Part shown: positions 38,082 through 47,550 of the stretch, in pieces | Layout: each line of letters starts with the position of its first letter | Position numbering within the stretch: position 1 is the stretch's first letter | Source: an uncultured Acidobacteriota bacterium | GTDB lineage: Bacteria; Acidobacteriota; JAQAZP01 | DNA length: 64,000 nucleotides | Assembly (NCBI GenBank): GCA_963836075.1 | Contig: CAWIIB010000001.1 | Coordinates: 704,001 to 768,000, forward strand | Direction: 5' to 3' | Made by a program: the position numbers and the translations under genes | The notes under the pieces: generated by a model | Databases searched by the model: none | Seen by the model: the letters and a program-made list of their open reading frames with translations, nothing else | What the model was told of the DNA's origin: nothing

Positions 38082-39197
38082 ATGATGGACCAGCGATACA
38101 GTGCCCTGGCCGCCACTTTGGTGGGCCATTCCACAAAACTGCAGGCCGGGGAAAAGGTTCTGGTGGAGGCCATCGACGTTGACCAGAACCTGGTGGTGGC
38201 CCTGATCAGGGAGATCCACCGGGTGGGCGGCATACCGCTGGTCAGCACCAAGCAGAACCGTGTGCTGGGCGAGCTCTACCGCGGTGCCACCCGGGAGAGC
38301 ATGTCCGCGGCGGCGGCCTCCGAGGCCAGCCGGATGCGCGGGGTGGACGCCTACATCGGCATCCGCGGCAGTCTCAACATCTGCGAGTACAGCGACATCG
38401 ATCCCCAGCGGCTGGAGTGCCAGCGCAAATACTGGTACCAGCCGGTGCACGCCGACATCCGGGTGCCCCGCACGCGCTGGGTGATCCTCCACTTCCCCAC
38501 CCCTTCCATGGCCCAGCTGGCCGAGATGAGCACCGAGGCCTTCGAGGAATTCTTCTTCCGCGTCTGCACCGCCGACTACGCCCGGATGTCAGAGGCCATG
38601 GACCCGCTGAAGCGGGTGATGGAAGCCACCGACCGGGTGCGGATCACCGGACCGGGCACCGACCTGCACTTTTCCATCAAGGGGATGCCGGCGGTGAAGT
38701 GCGACGGCGACCGCAACATCCCGGACGGTGAACTGTTCACCGCCCCCCGTCTGGACACGGTTGAGGGGGAGATCCTGTTCAATACCCGGACCATCTACCA
38801 GGGGACCACCTTCGACCAGGTCCGTCTCCGCTTCCGGGGCGGGCGGGTGACCCATGCCGAGGCGGACAAGAACGGCCGGCTGCAGCGGATCCTCGACACC
38901 GATGACGGGGCACGTCGGGTGGGCGAGTTCTCGCTCAGCTTCAACCCCCACATCACCCGGCCGATGCTCGACATCCTCTTTGATGAAAAAATCGCCGGAG
39001 CCCTGCACCTGGCCCTCGGCTCGGCCTATGACGACGCCGACAACGGGAACCGCTCCGGCATCCACTGGGACCTGATCCAGATCCAGACCCCCGCGGCCGG
39101 TGGCGGCCAGGTCTGGTTCGACGATAGACTGGTGCGGGAGGATGGCCGCTTCGTCCTACCCGAACTGGAAGGACTGAACCCGGAAAACCTGGCTTAG
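38082..39197 (+). CDS. Aminopeptidase, M29 (AmpS/PepS) family
   Basis: NIPDGELFTAP, GARRVGEFSL, ILFDEKIAGALHLALG, NRSGIHWDLI. Confidence 0.93.
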   Translation: MMDQRYSALAATLVGHSTKLQAGEKVLVEAIDVDQNLVVALIREIHRVGGIPLVSTKQNRVLGELYRGATRESMSAAAASEASRMRGVDAYIGIRGSLNICEYSDIDPQRLECQRKYWYQPVHADIRVPRTRWVILHFPTPSMAQLAEMSTEAFEEFFFRVCTADYARMSEAMDPLKRVMEATDRVRITGPGTDLHFSIKGMPAVKCDGDRNIPDGELFTAPRLDTVEGEILFNTRTIYQGTTFDQVRLRFRGGRVTHAEADKNGRLQRILDTDDGARRVGEFSLSFNPHITRPMLDILFDEKIAGALHLALGSAYDDADNGNRSGIHWDLIQIQTPAAGGGQVWFDDRLVREDGRFVLPELEGLNPENLA

Positions 39198-39217
39198 GCT
39201 CTGAAGGGAATGTATCG

Positions 39218-39436
39218 ATGAAGATCAGTATCGAATATTGCGGTGAATGAAACTACCTGCCGAAAGCCGACGGTCTGTCGGTGGAAATCAGCAAAGAGGT
39301 GGACGCGGAGATCACCCTGGTCCGCTCCTCGGGCGGGGTGTTCGAGGTGTACCGGGACGGCGAGCTGATCTTTTCCAAGAAACGGCTGGGCCGTTTCCCC
39401 GAACCGGGGGAGATCGTCGACCTGCTGCTGGACTGA
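39218..39436 (+). CDS. SelW/SelT/SelH (Rdx family) selenoprotein, UGA = Sec at codon 11
   Basis: MKISIEYCGE-U-NYLPKA...SSGGVFEVYRDGELIFSKKRLGRFPEPGEI; CxxU motif with in-frame TGA at 39248-39250. Confidence 0.92.
39251..39283 (+). promoter_or_regulatory. Bacterial SECIS element
   Basis: Stem GCCGAC/GTCGGT (39266-39282) with a GGTCT loop 21 nt after the UGA; same loop sequence as the E. coli fdhF SECIS. Confidence 0.8.
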
Positions 39437-39452
39437 TGGCGGCCGTCCCGGT

Positions 39453-39872
39453 TCAGCGGGGCGGCCGGATCTCGAATGACGTCTCGATGGAGGTGTGGTC
39501 CCGCAGCATGGCCGCCACCGCGCAGTATTTCTCATCGGAGAGTTCGATGGCCCGGGCCACGTCTTTCTCCTTTACGTCATCCCCGTAAAAAATGAACTTG
39601 ACCCGGATATTTTGAAAGGTTTTCGGGTGCTCTTCGGCCCGGTCGGCCTCCAGTTCCACCTCGAAGTCGTCCAGTTTGACCCGCTTCTTGGCCAGGATGC
39701 TCAGCACGTCCATGCTGGTGCAGCCGCCCAGCCCGATGAGCACCAGTTCCAGCGGGCCGGTGGCCCCCGCGTGACCGCCCACCTTGGGCGAAGTGTCCAT
39801 GGTCACCCAGTGGCCGGAGTCGGCCTTGCCCAGCAGCCCCATGGTCCCGAATCGCTTCAGAGTCGCTTTCAT
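39453..39872 (-). CDS. OsmC family protein (YhfA-like)
   Basis: GPLELVLIGLGGCTSMDV, RAIELSDEKYCAV. Confidence 0.92.
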   Translation of the reverse strand: MKATLKRFGTMGLLGKADSGHWVTMDTSPKVGGHAGATGPLELVLIGLGGCTSMDVLSILAKKRVKLDDFEVELEADRAEEHPKTFQNIRVKFIFYGDDVKEKDVARAIELSDEKYCAVAAMLRDHTSIETSFEIRPPR

Positions 39873-39967
39873 TCTTCTCCCCTGTCCATTTCAGTTGCCC
39901 TTGTCTCCCGGTCGCCGTCACAGGGCCGGTCCGGGGATGAGGTGCCATTGTAACAGGAAACTGGGGA

Positions 39968-42061
39968 TTACTGGACCGCCATCAATTTCGCGGTGGCCGC
40001 CTCGGCGTGTATCCCGTCCGGGGCCAGTTCGAGGTAGCGGCGCCAGTGGCCCGCCGCTTCGCTGTTGCGGCCCGAGGCGTGAAGGCAGGCGGCCAGCCCG
40101 TAGTGCGCGCCAGCGTAGTCGGGATCCAGCTCCAGTGCCCGGCGGTAGGACGCCTCGGCCCGGGCCGGGTCGCCCTTGCGGCTGTAAGCCATGCCGAGGT
40201 TGAAATGCGCCCGCTCCATGGCCGGGTCCAGCTCGGCGGCATGGCGGAACACGGAGATCGACTTGTCCACCAGCCCCGAGCGGAAGAGCGCCTCGCCGTA
40301 GTCCAGCTGGAAGAGCGCGTTGGTCGGGGCGAGACTCACCGCCCGGGAGAGACGCTGCACAGCCTCGGGGTAGCGTTCCAGACGCAGTGCGATAACCCCC
40401 AGGTTGTAGTGCGTCTCCTCGGCCTCCGGGTTGTAGCGCAACGCCTCCAGGTAGTGCTCCACGGCCTCCTGGTCACGGCCCAGCAACTGCAGGAGGAAGC
40501 CGGTCTTGAAGCGGACATTATGCCCGCCGGGGGATACGGCCAGGATCTCGAGGTAGACATCCAGCGCCTCCTCGTAGCGCTCCAGCTGGGTCAGGGTGGC
40601 GCCGAGGAACATTTTCGGTTCCAGGTGCACCATCTCCTTGGGATCGGGGGCCGGGCCGAAGAGGTCCGCGTTCCCTGCCGCGCCATCGCCGGTGACGTAG
40701 CCCAGGGCCAGCAGCTTCTCCCGCGTTTCGTCGTCAGTCCCGCCGGTCCCGGCCGCCGGCGCACCGCCTTCGGCTGTCAGGTCGTGCACCAGCTGTTCCA
40801 GGCGGCCGGCCAGTTCCCGCCCCCGGCCGTTCCAGCGGCCGTCCGGGTGGAGCAGCAGGTTGTCCAGTTCGGCGGGGTCGGCATCCAGATCGTAGAGTTC
40901 GGGAATCGGCGCCTCGATGTATTTCTGTCCCTCGCTGATCAGCGCCGCCAGCTCGCTCCAGCCGTAGTTGTAGCGCGGGTGCCAGGTCTCCATGTAGAGC
41001 AGCGATGAGCCGGCGCTGTCCGCCCCGTCGCGGACCGCCGCCGCAAAACTGCGGCCCTGAACCTGTTCTCGCAAGGCGCCGGCGTGCAGGCCCAGCAGAT
41101 CCAGCAGGGTGGGCGCCAGGTCGGCCAGGGCCGTCTGTTCGCCACACAGCGCCCCCTGGGGCACGGTCCCCGGCAGGCGGAGCACCAGCGGCACCCGGGT
41201 GGCGCTCTCGTAGATGAACAGGCCGTGGGTGTCCTCGCCGTGTTCGCCGAGGCACTGCCCGTGGTCGGCGGTGACCGCTACCAGCGTGTTCCGGTCCAGG
41301 CCCAGCCGCCGCAGCTGGGCCAGCACCCGTCCCAGCTGGCGGTCGCTGAAGGCGATCTCGCCATCGTAGAGATCATCGCGGAAGTGGCTGAAGAACGGTT
41401 CCGGCGGCACGTAGTCCTGGTGCGGGTCGAAGAGGTGCAGCCAGGCAAAGAAGGGCCTCCCCCCCTCCAGCCACTGGATCAGCCGGCCGCAGGTCTCGTC
41501 GGCCCGCCGTTCGGCCATGAACCCGAAGCGGGCCATGGAATCACGCTCCGGCATCTGGTCGTCATAGGTCTGGAAGCCCTGGTCCAGGCCGAAACGGTGG
41601 TCGAGGACAAAGGCCGAGACAAAGGCCCCGGTGCGGTAGCCGGCGGCGGACAGCATCTCGGCCAGGGTGTGGCGGTCCGGGGCCAGGGTGAAGACCCCGT
41701 TGGAACGCACCCCGTGGCCCGGCGGGTAGCTGCCGGTGAGGATGGTGGCGTGGGAGGGCAGGGTCACCGGCGTGGGCGCCGAAACCCAGGGCAGCACCGT
41801 GCCCTGCCGGGCCAGCCGGTCGATCACCGGGGTCATGGCCCGGGACCGGCCGTAGCAGCCCAGGCGGTCGGCGCGCACGGTGTCCAGGGTCACCAGCAGC
41901 AGGTTGGGGCCGTCGTGGACCGCTGCGGCACCGGTGCCGGAGACCGCGGCATCCTCCCCGCCCGGTCCGCCGCACGAAGTGGCGGCCAGGACGAGGAGTG
42001 CCGGCAGGAGAAAACGAATGGTGGACCGTTTCTTCAGGGCATGGTTCCCGTAATGGTGCAA
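39968..42061 (-). CDS. Sulfatase-like hydrolase with C-terminal TPRs (probable lipoprotein)
   Basis: Lipobox-like AATSC; NLLLVTLDTVRADRL, PVTLPSHATILTG, HLFDPH, TADHG, TPR tail; exact start uncertain. Confidence 0.9.
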   Translation of the reverse strand: MHHYGNHALKKRSTIRFLLPALLVLAATSCGGPGGEDAAVSGTGAAAVHDGPNLLLVTLDTVRADRLGCYGRSRAMTPVIDRLARQGTVLPWVSAPTPVTLPSHATILTGSYPPGHGVRSNGVFTLAPDRHTLAEMLSAAGYRTGAFVSAFVLDHRFGLDQGFQTYDDQMPERDSMARFGFMAERRADETCGRLIQWLEGGRPFFAWLHLFDPHQDYVPPEPFFSHFRDDLYDGEIAFSDRQLGRVLAQLRRLGLDRNTLVAVTADHGQCLGEHGEDTHGLFIYESATRVPLVLRLPGTVPQGALCGEQTALADLAPTLLDLLGLHAGALREQVQGRSFAAAVRDGADSAGSSLLYMETWHPRYNYGWSELAALISEGQKYIEAPIPELYDLDADPAELDNLLLHPDGRWNGRGRELAGRLEQLVHDLTAEGGAPAAGTGGTDDETREKLLALGYVTGDGAAGNADLFGPAPDPKEMVHLEPKMFLGATLTQLERYEEALDVYLEILAVSPGGHNVRFKTGFLLQLLGRDQEAVEHYLEALRYNPEAEETHYNLGVIALRLERYPEAVQRLSRAVSLAPTNALFQLDYGEALFRSGLVDKSISVFRHAAELDPAMERAHFNLGMAYSRKGDPARAEASYRRALELDPDYAGAHYGLAACLHASGRNSEAAGHWRRYLELAPDGIHAEAATAKLMAVQ

Positions 42062-44688
42062 CCGTCAGTGGCCGTGTCACCCGATGGCGCGAAAGGCGGC
42101 TGGTTGTAAGGCGCCGGTGTCACGTCGGCACCGAGGATGGAGAACAGGCTCTGCCCCACCAGCGAGCCCAGGCCCGGGAAGTTCTGGTTCCAGCAGGTGC
42201 TGTAGGTCTCCGAGGGGCTGAGGTTGGTCCAACCGGCACGCCAGTTGGGATAGGTGGTGGCGTTGGGCAGCTGGAAGGTGATCGAAGCCGCCATCCGCCG
42301 GTTCTCGTCGGTGAGGTTGGTCAGCCCCGCACAAAACTGGGAGGCGAAGGGCAGCGTGCCGTTGTCCGGCAGGCAGCTCAAGCTCACCGCCAGGGTGTCG
42401 GTGGGCGGCGGGGTGTCCGATTCGCCGGTGACCCGCACGTCGTCAACATACCAGCCGCCGGCGCTCACCGAACTGTCACAGGCCAGCCGGAAGCGGATGC
42501 TGGTGCTGGCGCCGCTGAAGGAACTGAGGTCCGCCACCACCTGGGTCATGGTTCCGCCGCTGTTGCCCGACCAGGCACTCCGGCCGCCGATGGGGCTGCT
42601 GTAACCGGTGGAGATGGTGTCGTTGTAGCCGCCCTGGGTGATCTGGGGACCGAGGTCGGTCCAGTTGGATCCGCCGTCGGTGGAGATCTCGATCACGCAG
42701 CCGTCGTAGCCGCCCTCCATGTCGTAGCGGTGCCAGAAGGTCAGCTCGCCGTTCAGCTCGAGGTTCACCGGGTCGGTGACCAGGTAGTCGTCCTTCAGCG
42801 CGTCGTCATCGGAAGAAAACCAGCAGTGGGTCGGGCTGTGGGCGCTGCCCTCGGTGATGATGGCCCAGTCGTCGACGCCCTGGCCCGCGCTGTGCGTCCA
42901 GAGGCTGTCGCCGCTTTCCATCTCGTCCCAGAACAGGTCGCCGCTGATGGTCAGGCTGAAGGTGTCGGTGTCGGAGAGCCCGCCGTCACCGCTGATGTTC
43001 AAGGTGAAGGTCACCCCGTGCAGCTCCGGTGTGGAGGCCGAGATGTCGATGGTGTAGTCACTGCTCGACGCCCCGGTGCCCGACTGTGGAATATCAGGGT
43101 AGCTGGAACTGTTCTGGGTCACGGTGATGTAGCTGTCGCTCTCGCTGAGCGTGGCCGACACGCCGGTGGCGGTGCCGATGCCGATGTTCTCCAGGATCAC
43201 GGTGAGGTCGACGGTTTCGCCCGGCTCGGGAATGCCGTTGCCGTTGCCGCCGGCGCTGTCGTCGAGGGCCACACTGTGGAAGTCGAGGTTCGGCTCGGCG
43301 GCCATGGCCACCAGCTGCACGTTGCGCACGGTCTCCTGTTCCCAGGTCACCGGCACGTTGTCCAGGGTCTGGTCATGGTAGCCCGGGGACGAGTAGGTCA
43401 CGTCGTAGCTGCCGGTGTGGAGCGGACGGACATAGTTGCCGTGGTCCGGGTCGCTGTGCACCGGTCTGTTCATGGTGATCCCGGCCACGTTGATGTCGGC
43501 AGCCAGGGGTGCGCCGGTGACCGAGTCGGTGACCGTGCCGGATATCCCCTTGCCCGCCAGGTCGATGTGGTAGAGCATGGAGTCCCGGTTGTCGTCCCAG
43601 TAGTCGGCGATTTGCGAGGCCGGCGGCGCCGAGGGGTCGGACAGCTCGATGATCACATCGAAATCGGCATACCACCAGTAGTTCCAGTCCTGCATATTGC
43701 CGTGGGTCATGTACCACTCGACGCCGCGGGTCACGCCGTCGGTGAAGGAGGTGCTGTTGTACATCGGCAGGTTGCGCGAGGAGTAGCCGATGGCCATGTT
43801 GTAGAAGAAGGTGTCGTCGGGGCAGTAGTCCCAGGTGCAGTCGTAGGGGTAGTTCACCACCGTTGCCCCGGTGTGGAAGTTGGCCGAGAGCACGAAGGTG
43901 TGGTCCGGCTGCCAGAGAATCATCAGCCCGGTCTCGGTGGCGCGTCCGGCAGGCGTATTGACCGGATCGTCGATGAAGTCGGGGAAATCACGGTTCAGGT
44001 CGGTGCCCTGGGCGTTGTAGCGGGATCCGGAGACATACCCGTCGGGATTCATCAGCGGCATGATGAAGATCTCGCGGCCGTTGACCATGGCGGTAATGTC
44101 CGGGTCCGACCCGTAATTCATCAGCAGGTGCTCGATGAGGTTGAGCAGCAGCGGAACGCAGAGGGTCTCGTTGCCGTGCATGGCGCCGACATACTTGAAT
44201 TCGGGCTCGGCCTCTTCCACGCTCACATTGTCGCTGATCTTGGCCACCCAGAGGTCGCGGCCATTGGTGGACTGGCCGATGCTGAAGACCTCGCAGAGGT
44301 CGGGATAGGCGGTCTCCATGCTCGCCATCCAGGTTTCCATCTCGCTGAATGTGGGATAGCTGGTCCACTCGCGTCCGGGGGCGGGGATGAAGCCCTGCTG
44401 ACCGATGGTCTGCAGGTAGTCCCGGCTGGTGTCCACGATGGGGTAGACGGTGAACCCTTCGGACAACAGTTCCAGCCGCTCCTTGGCCACCAGGTAAGCG
44501 TCGGCATATTCGCCTGGACGGACCGTGACGATGTCCAGGTTCATCTTCACCAGCCGGTCCACCGAGGAGGACTCGGTGATGTCGATGCGCATCAGCACCG
44601 GTTCCTCGGCCGCCGCCACGGCGGAAAAAGAAAACCCGGCCAGGACCAGCAAGACTGTCAGCAGCGTGGAAAAACGTGAGCAGTGCAT
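42034..44688 (-). CDS. Secreted M14 carboxypeptidase (CPD-like) with carboxypeptidase-regulatory, CARDB-like, MAM-like and unassigned C-terminal domains
   Basis: SD AAGGAG; signal peptide; GAMHGNE, NPDG, DLNRDFPD, SANFHTGATVVNYPYD, GNMQDW, IELS; C-terminus ...DVTPAPYNQPPFAPSGDTATDGCTITG. Confidence 0.92.
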   Translation of the reverse strand: MHCSRFSTLLTVLLVLAGFSFSAVAAAEEPVLMRIDITESSSVDRLVKMNLDIVTVRPGEYADAYLVAKERLELLSEGFTVYPIVDTSRDYLQTIGQQGFIPAPGREWTSYPTFSEMETWMASMETAYPDLCEVFSIGQSTNGRDLWVAKISDNVSVEEAEPEFKYVGAMHGNETLCVPLLLNLIEHLLMNYGSDPDITAMVNGREIFIMPLMNPDGYVSGSRYNAQGTDLNRDFPDFIDDPVNTPAGRATETGLMILWQPDHTFVLSANFHTGATVVNYPYDCTWDYCPDDTFFYNMAIGYSSRNLPMYNSTSFTDGVTRGVEWYMTHGNMQDWNYWWYADFDVIIELSDPSAPPASQIADYWDDNRDSMLYHIDLAGKGISGTVTDSVTGAPLAADINVAGITMNRPVHSDPDHGNYVRPLHTGSYDVTYSSPGYHDQTLDNVPVTWEQETVRNVQLVAMAAEPNLDFHSVALDDSAGGNGNGIPEPGETVDLTVILENIGIGTATGVSATLSESDSYITVTQNSSSYPDIPQSGTGASSSDYTIDISASTPELHGVTFTLNISGDGGLSDTDTFSLTISGDLFWDEMESGDSLWTHSAGQGVDDWAIITEGSAHSPTHCWFSSDDDALKDDYLVTDPVNLELNGELTFWHRYDMEGGYDGCVIEISTDGGSNWTDLGPQITQGGYNDTISTGYSSPIGGRSAWSGNSGGTMTQVVADLSSFSGASTSIRFRLACDSSVSAGGWYVDDVRVTGESDTPPPTDTLAVSLSCLPDNGTLPFASQFCAGLTNLTDENRRMAASITFQLPNATTYPNWRAGWTNLSPSETYSTCWNQNFPGLGSLVGQSLFSILGADVTPAPYNQPPFAPSGDTATDGCTITGTMP

Positions 44689-44923
44689 AAAAGAACTCCT
44701 TGTTGCAAGACGGATGACATTCACCAACCCATCCCTTGATATTCACATTTTGTACCAGAACGTGTCGGTAATGACAAGGTTTTAGGGATACTCGGAAGAT
44801 CCATCAAAACTGGAGGTCAACAGACTGTTGCCACAGCCACGTCCCCCCGTCACGACCTTGACCATTCCCCCGAGGGCGCCACGCTGGGCATTTTTTTACC
44901 CAATTTCGACAATGAAATTCATA

Positions 44924-44952
44924 TTGACGCCGGACCTGCCAGTGATTATCAT
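44924..44952 (+). promoter_or_regulatory. sigma70-type promoter for the HEAT protein / 5'-nucleotidase genes
   Basis: TTGACG, 17 nt spacer, TATCAT. Confidence 0.5.
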
Positions 44953-45018
44953 CATGGAAAATAATGGTTTGCCGGCCCTGTGGTGCCCCGGCGGCCGGAC
45001 CACACCAAGGAGAATTCG

Positions 45019-45693
45019 ATGAAACTGACCAGATCGATGGGAGGGATTCTTGTCCTGTGCATCGGCCTGAGCCTGTCGCTCACGGCCGCGGCCGACCAGA
45101 TCGCCAAGGGCGACAAGGCACTGCGGGCCGGAGACACGGCCAAGGCCGTTGCCGCCTACCAGAAAGCGCTGAACAGCAAGAACGCCGACGTGCGCGAGGA
45201 CGCCATCGACCGCCTGGCCCGTCTGGGTGGCCCCGAAGCCACCGCCGCCCTCTCCCGGGCGCTGAAAGACCCGGAGCCGGACGTGGTGGAAGCGGCGGCC
45301 GAGGCCCTGATGATGGTCCGCGACCCGGCGGCGGTCCAGGCGCTCACCGACGCGCTGAACTTCCCGCTCACCGATGAGAAAGCCAAGCGCAAGATCGTCC
45401 GCGCCCTGGGACAGACCGGCGGTGCGGGAGCCGCATCCGCCGTGGCGCCCCTGCTCACCAGCCCGGACAGGAAGCTGCGCCGGGAGGCGGCCCAGGCCCT
45501 CTCCCTGGTGGGCACCCAGGCCGACCTGCCGGCCCTTGAAGCGGCGGCCAACGACATGGACATGGAAGTGCGGATGGCTGTTCAGCAGGCCATCACCCAG
45601 GCAAAAACCCGTCCCGCTCCCCAGCCAGCGGCACCGGCAGCCACCGCAGGTGAAGTGCCGGCAACCGACGCGCCGGCGGAGGATGGACAATAG
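45019..45693 (+). CDS. Exported HEAT-repeat protein
   Basis: Signal peptide; repeats DVREDAIDRLARLG, DVVEAAAEAL, LRREAAQAL; SD AAGGAG. Confidence 0.85.
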   Translation: MKLTRSMGGILVLCIGLSLSLTAAADQIAKGDKALRAGDTAKAVAAYQKALNSKNADVREDAIDRLARLGGPEATAALSRALKDPEPDVVEAAAEALMMVRDPAAVQALTDALNFPLTDEKAKRKIVRALGQTGGAGAASAVAPLLTSPDRKLRREAAQALSLVGTQADLPALEAAANDMDMEVRMAVQQAITQAKTRPAPQPAAPAATAGEVPATDAPAEDGQ

Positions 45694-45713
45694 CCTCAAC
45701 CGAACAGGGCCCG

Positions 45714-47318
45714 ATGCGCACAACACTCCAGCGCCGCGGTGGACCGTTGCTTTCCGTCGCGGCACTGCTGCTCATCCTCCTGCTGCCCTGTGCCGCCGGG
45801 GGCTGCGGCTTCTTCTCCCACCCCGGGGGCGAACACCGACTGACCGTGCTCTACTTCGGCGACCTTCACGGCCACCTGCTGCCCCCCGAGGGCGAACCGG
45901 AGGCACCATCCCCCCCCCACCAGCCGGCGGCGGATAACCTGACCCCGGCCGCTTCGGCGGGGTTTGCGCGGCTGGCCGGCCTGGTGGAACGGATCCGCCA
46001 GGAAAACCGCGAGGCCGGCATCCCCACCCTCCTGCTGGTCTCCGGCGACTGTCTCCAGGGAACCCCGGTGTCCACCCTCTTTCGAGGGGAGGCCGAGTTC
46101 CGGGCCCTGAACCTGCTCCGGCCGGATGCCATGGTGCTGGGCAACCACGAGTTCGACTACGGACTGACCCGCCTGCGGGAACTGATCGCCATGGCGGATT
46201 TCCCGGTGCTGGCGGCCAACATCTCCGAGGCCAACGGCCAGCCGCTGGTCCCGGCCTTCACCACCCACTACTTCGACCACTTTTTCGTGGCCACCATTGG
46301 CACCACGGCCGAGGATACGCCGACCCTCTCCCTGCCGGCCAACGTGGAAGGGTTGACCTTCCGGCCGTCTCTGGCCGCCACCTGGGAGACCTTCAGCACC
46401 GTCCGTTTCACCGCCGACTTCTGTATCGCCCTGACCCACCAGGGCCTGGCCCGGGACCGCCACCTGGCCCAGTCCCTGGCCGGTATCAGCCTGGTGGTGG
46501 GGGGGCACGACCACCTGGCCCTGGAGCAGCCGGTGTTCGCCAGGAAGCACTGCCCGGTGGTGCATGCCGGGTGCGACGGTCTCTTCCTCGGCCGGCTGGA
46601 CCTGGTGTTCCTCAAGGAGTCCGCCCGCGGGATGCCAAAGATCACCGCGCACGAGAATGTCCTGATCCCCATCGACCACTCCCTGCCCCGGGACCCCCGG
46701 ATGAGCGCCCTGCTGGAGGAGTACGGCCGCCTGGCCCGGCAGGCCTACGGCGAACCCCTGGGCCGGCTGGACCAGCCCCTGGAGGGCAGCAGGTCGCTGG
46801 TGCGCAGCGGAGAAACCGCTCTGGGCCGGCTGGTCACCGACCTGATGCGCGATGCAGCCGGCGCCGACGCCGCCCTGATCAACGCCGGGGCCATCCGCGC
46901 CTCGATCAAGGCCGGCGAGGTTTCATTGGCCGACGTGGTCACCGCCCTGCCCTTCAACAACCGGGTGGTGCTGATCACCGTCAGCGGGGCGCAGTTGGAG
47001 TCCTCCCTGCGCCACGGCCTCGCCTCGTCGGCCGCCGCCGGTCCCGGCGCGGGGCACGGCGGCGCCTTCCTCCAGGTCTCGGGAATCAGCTTCACGGTGC
47101 AGGGGGGTGAACCCGCGGACATCCGGGTGGGCGGAGCAGCCCTCGATCCCGAGGCGGAATACCTGGTGGCGGTGAACGATTTCCTCGCCGACGGCGGTGA
47201 CGGGTTCGGGCCCTGGCTGGGCCGGGACCCCGGGGAACGCTACGAGACATACTTCCTGGTCCACGACCTGGTGGCCGAGCAGATCAGGCGTCAGAGCGGA
47301 GGGGCGGACGCCCCATAG
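45714..47318 (+). CDS. 5'-nucleotidase / UDP-sugar hydrolase (UshA-like)
   Basis: GDLHGH, SGDCLQG, LGNHEFDYG, GGHDH, NAGAIRA, LPFNN, LQVSGI, FLADGGDGF. Confidence 0.93.
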   Translation: MRTTLQRRGGPLLSVAALLLILLLPCAAGGCGFFSHPGGEHRLTVLYFGDLHGHLLPPEGEPEAPSPPHQPAADNLTPAASAGFARLAGLVERIRQENREAGIPTLLLVSGDCLQGTPVSTLFRGEAEFRALNLLRPDAMVLGNHEFDYGLTRLRELIAMADFPVLAANISEANGQPLVPAFTTHYFDHFFVATIGTTAEDTPTLSLPANVEGLTFRPSLAATWETFSTVRFTADFCIALTHQGLARDRHLAQSLAGISLVVGGHDHLALEQPVFARKHCPVVHAGCDGLFLGRLDLVFLKESARGMPKITAHENVLIPIDHSLPRDPRMSALLEEYGRLARQAYGEPLGRLDQPLEGSRSLVRSGETALGRLVTDLMRDAAGADAALINAGAIRASIKAGEVSLADVVTALPFNNRVVLITVSGAQLESSLRHGLASSAAAGPGAGHGGAFLQVSGISFTVQGGEPADIRVGGAALDPEAEYLVAVNDFLADGGDGFGPWLGRDPGERYETYFLVHDLVAEQIRRQSGGADAP

Positions 47319-47438
47319 GTCGGCGATTTCCACTTTGTGAGCCGCTCTCCCTGAAGCACCAACGACAGCAGCCCATACCTGGAAGGAGGAGTGCGCCCAC
47401 GGCCCCGAATGGTGTGAACCATCCCCAAGGGGCAACTG

Positions 47439-47467
47439 TTGAATGACAGCACAGTAGTCGTTATAGT
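47439..47467 (+). promoter_or_regulatory. sigma70-type promoter for ftcD
   Basis: TTGAAT, 17 nt spacer, TATAGT. Confidence 0.45.
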
Positions 47468-47550
47468 TAGGCTCCCGGGCGGCGCGGGGCCGGCAATTCG
47501 CAGACATCCCCCCCCGGTGGGGACAGCAAGAGGAGCTTCGAGGTCGACAG

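Noticed and set aside
47459-47470. TAACTATAACG on the minus strand, resembling the 23S rRNA / I-CeuI site
   Set aside because: Only 11 nt match; better explained as the -10 region of the ftcD promoter.
47319-47550. Possible riboswitch or ncRNA (ZTP/THF, 6S) upstream of ftcD
   Set aside because: I could not find the consensus elements by eye; an Rfam scan would be needed.
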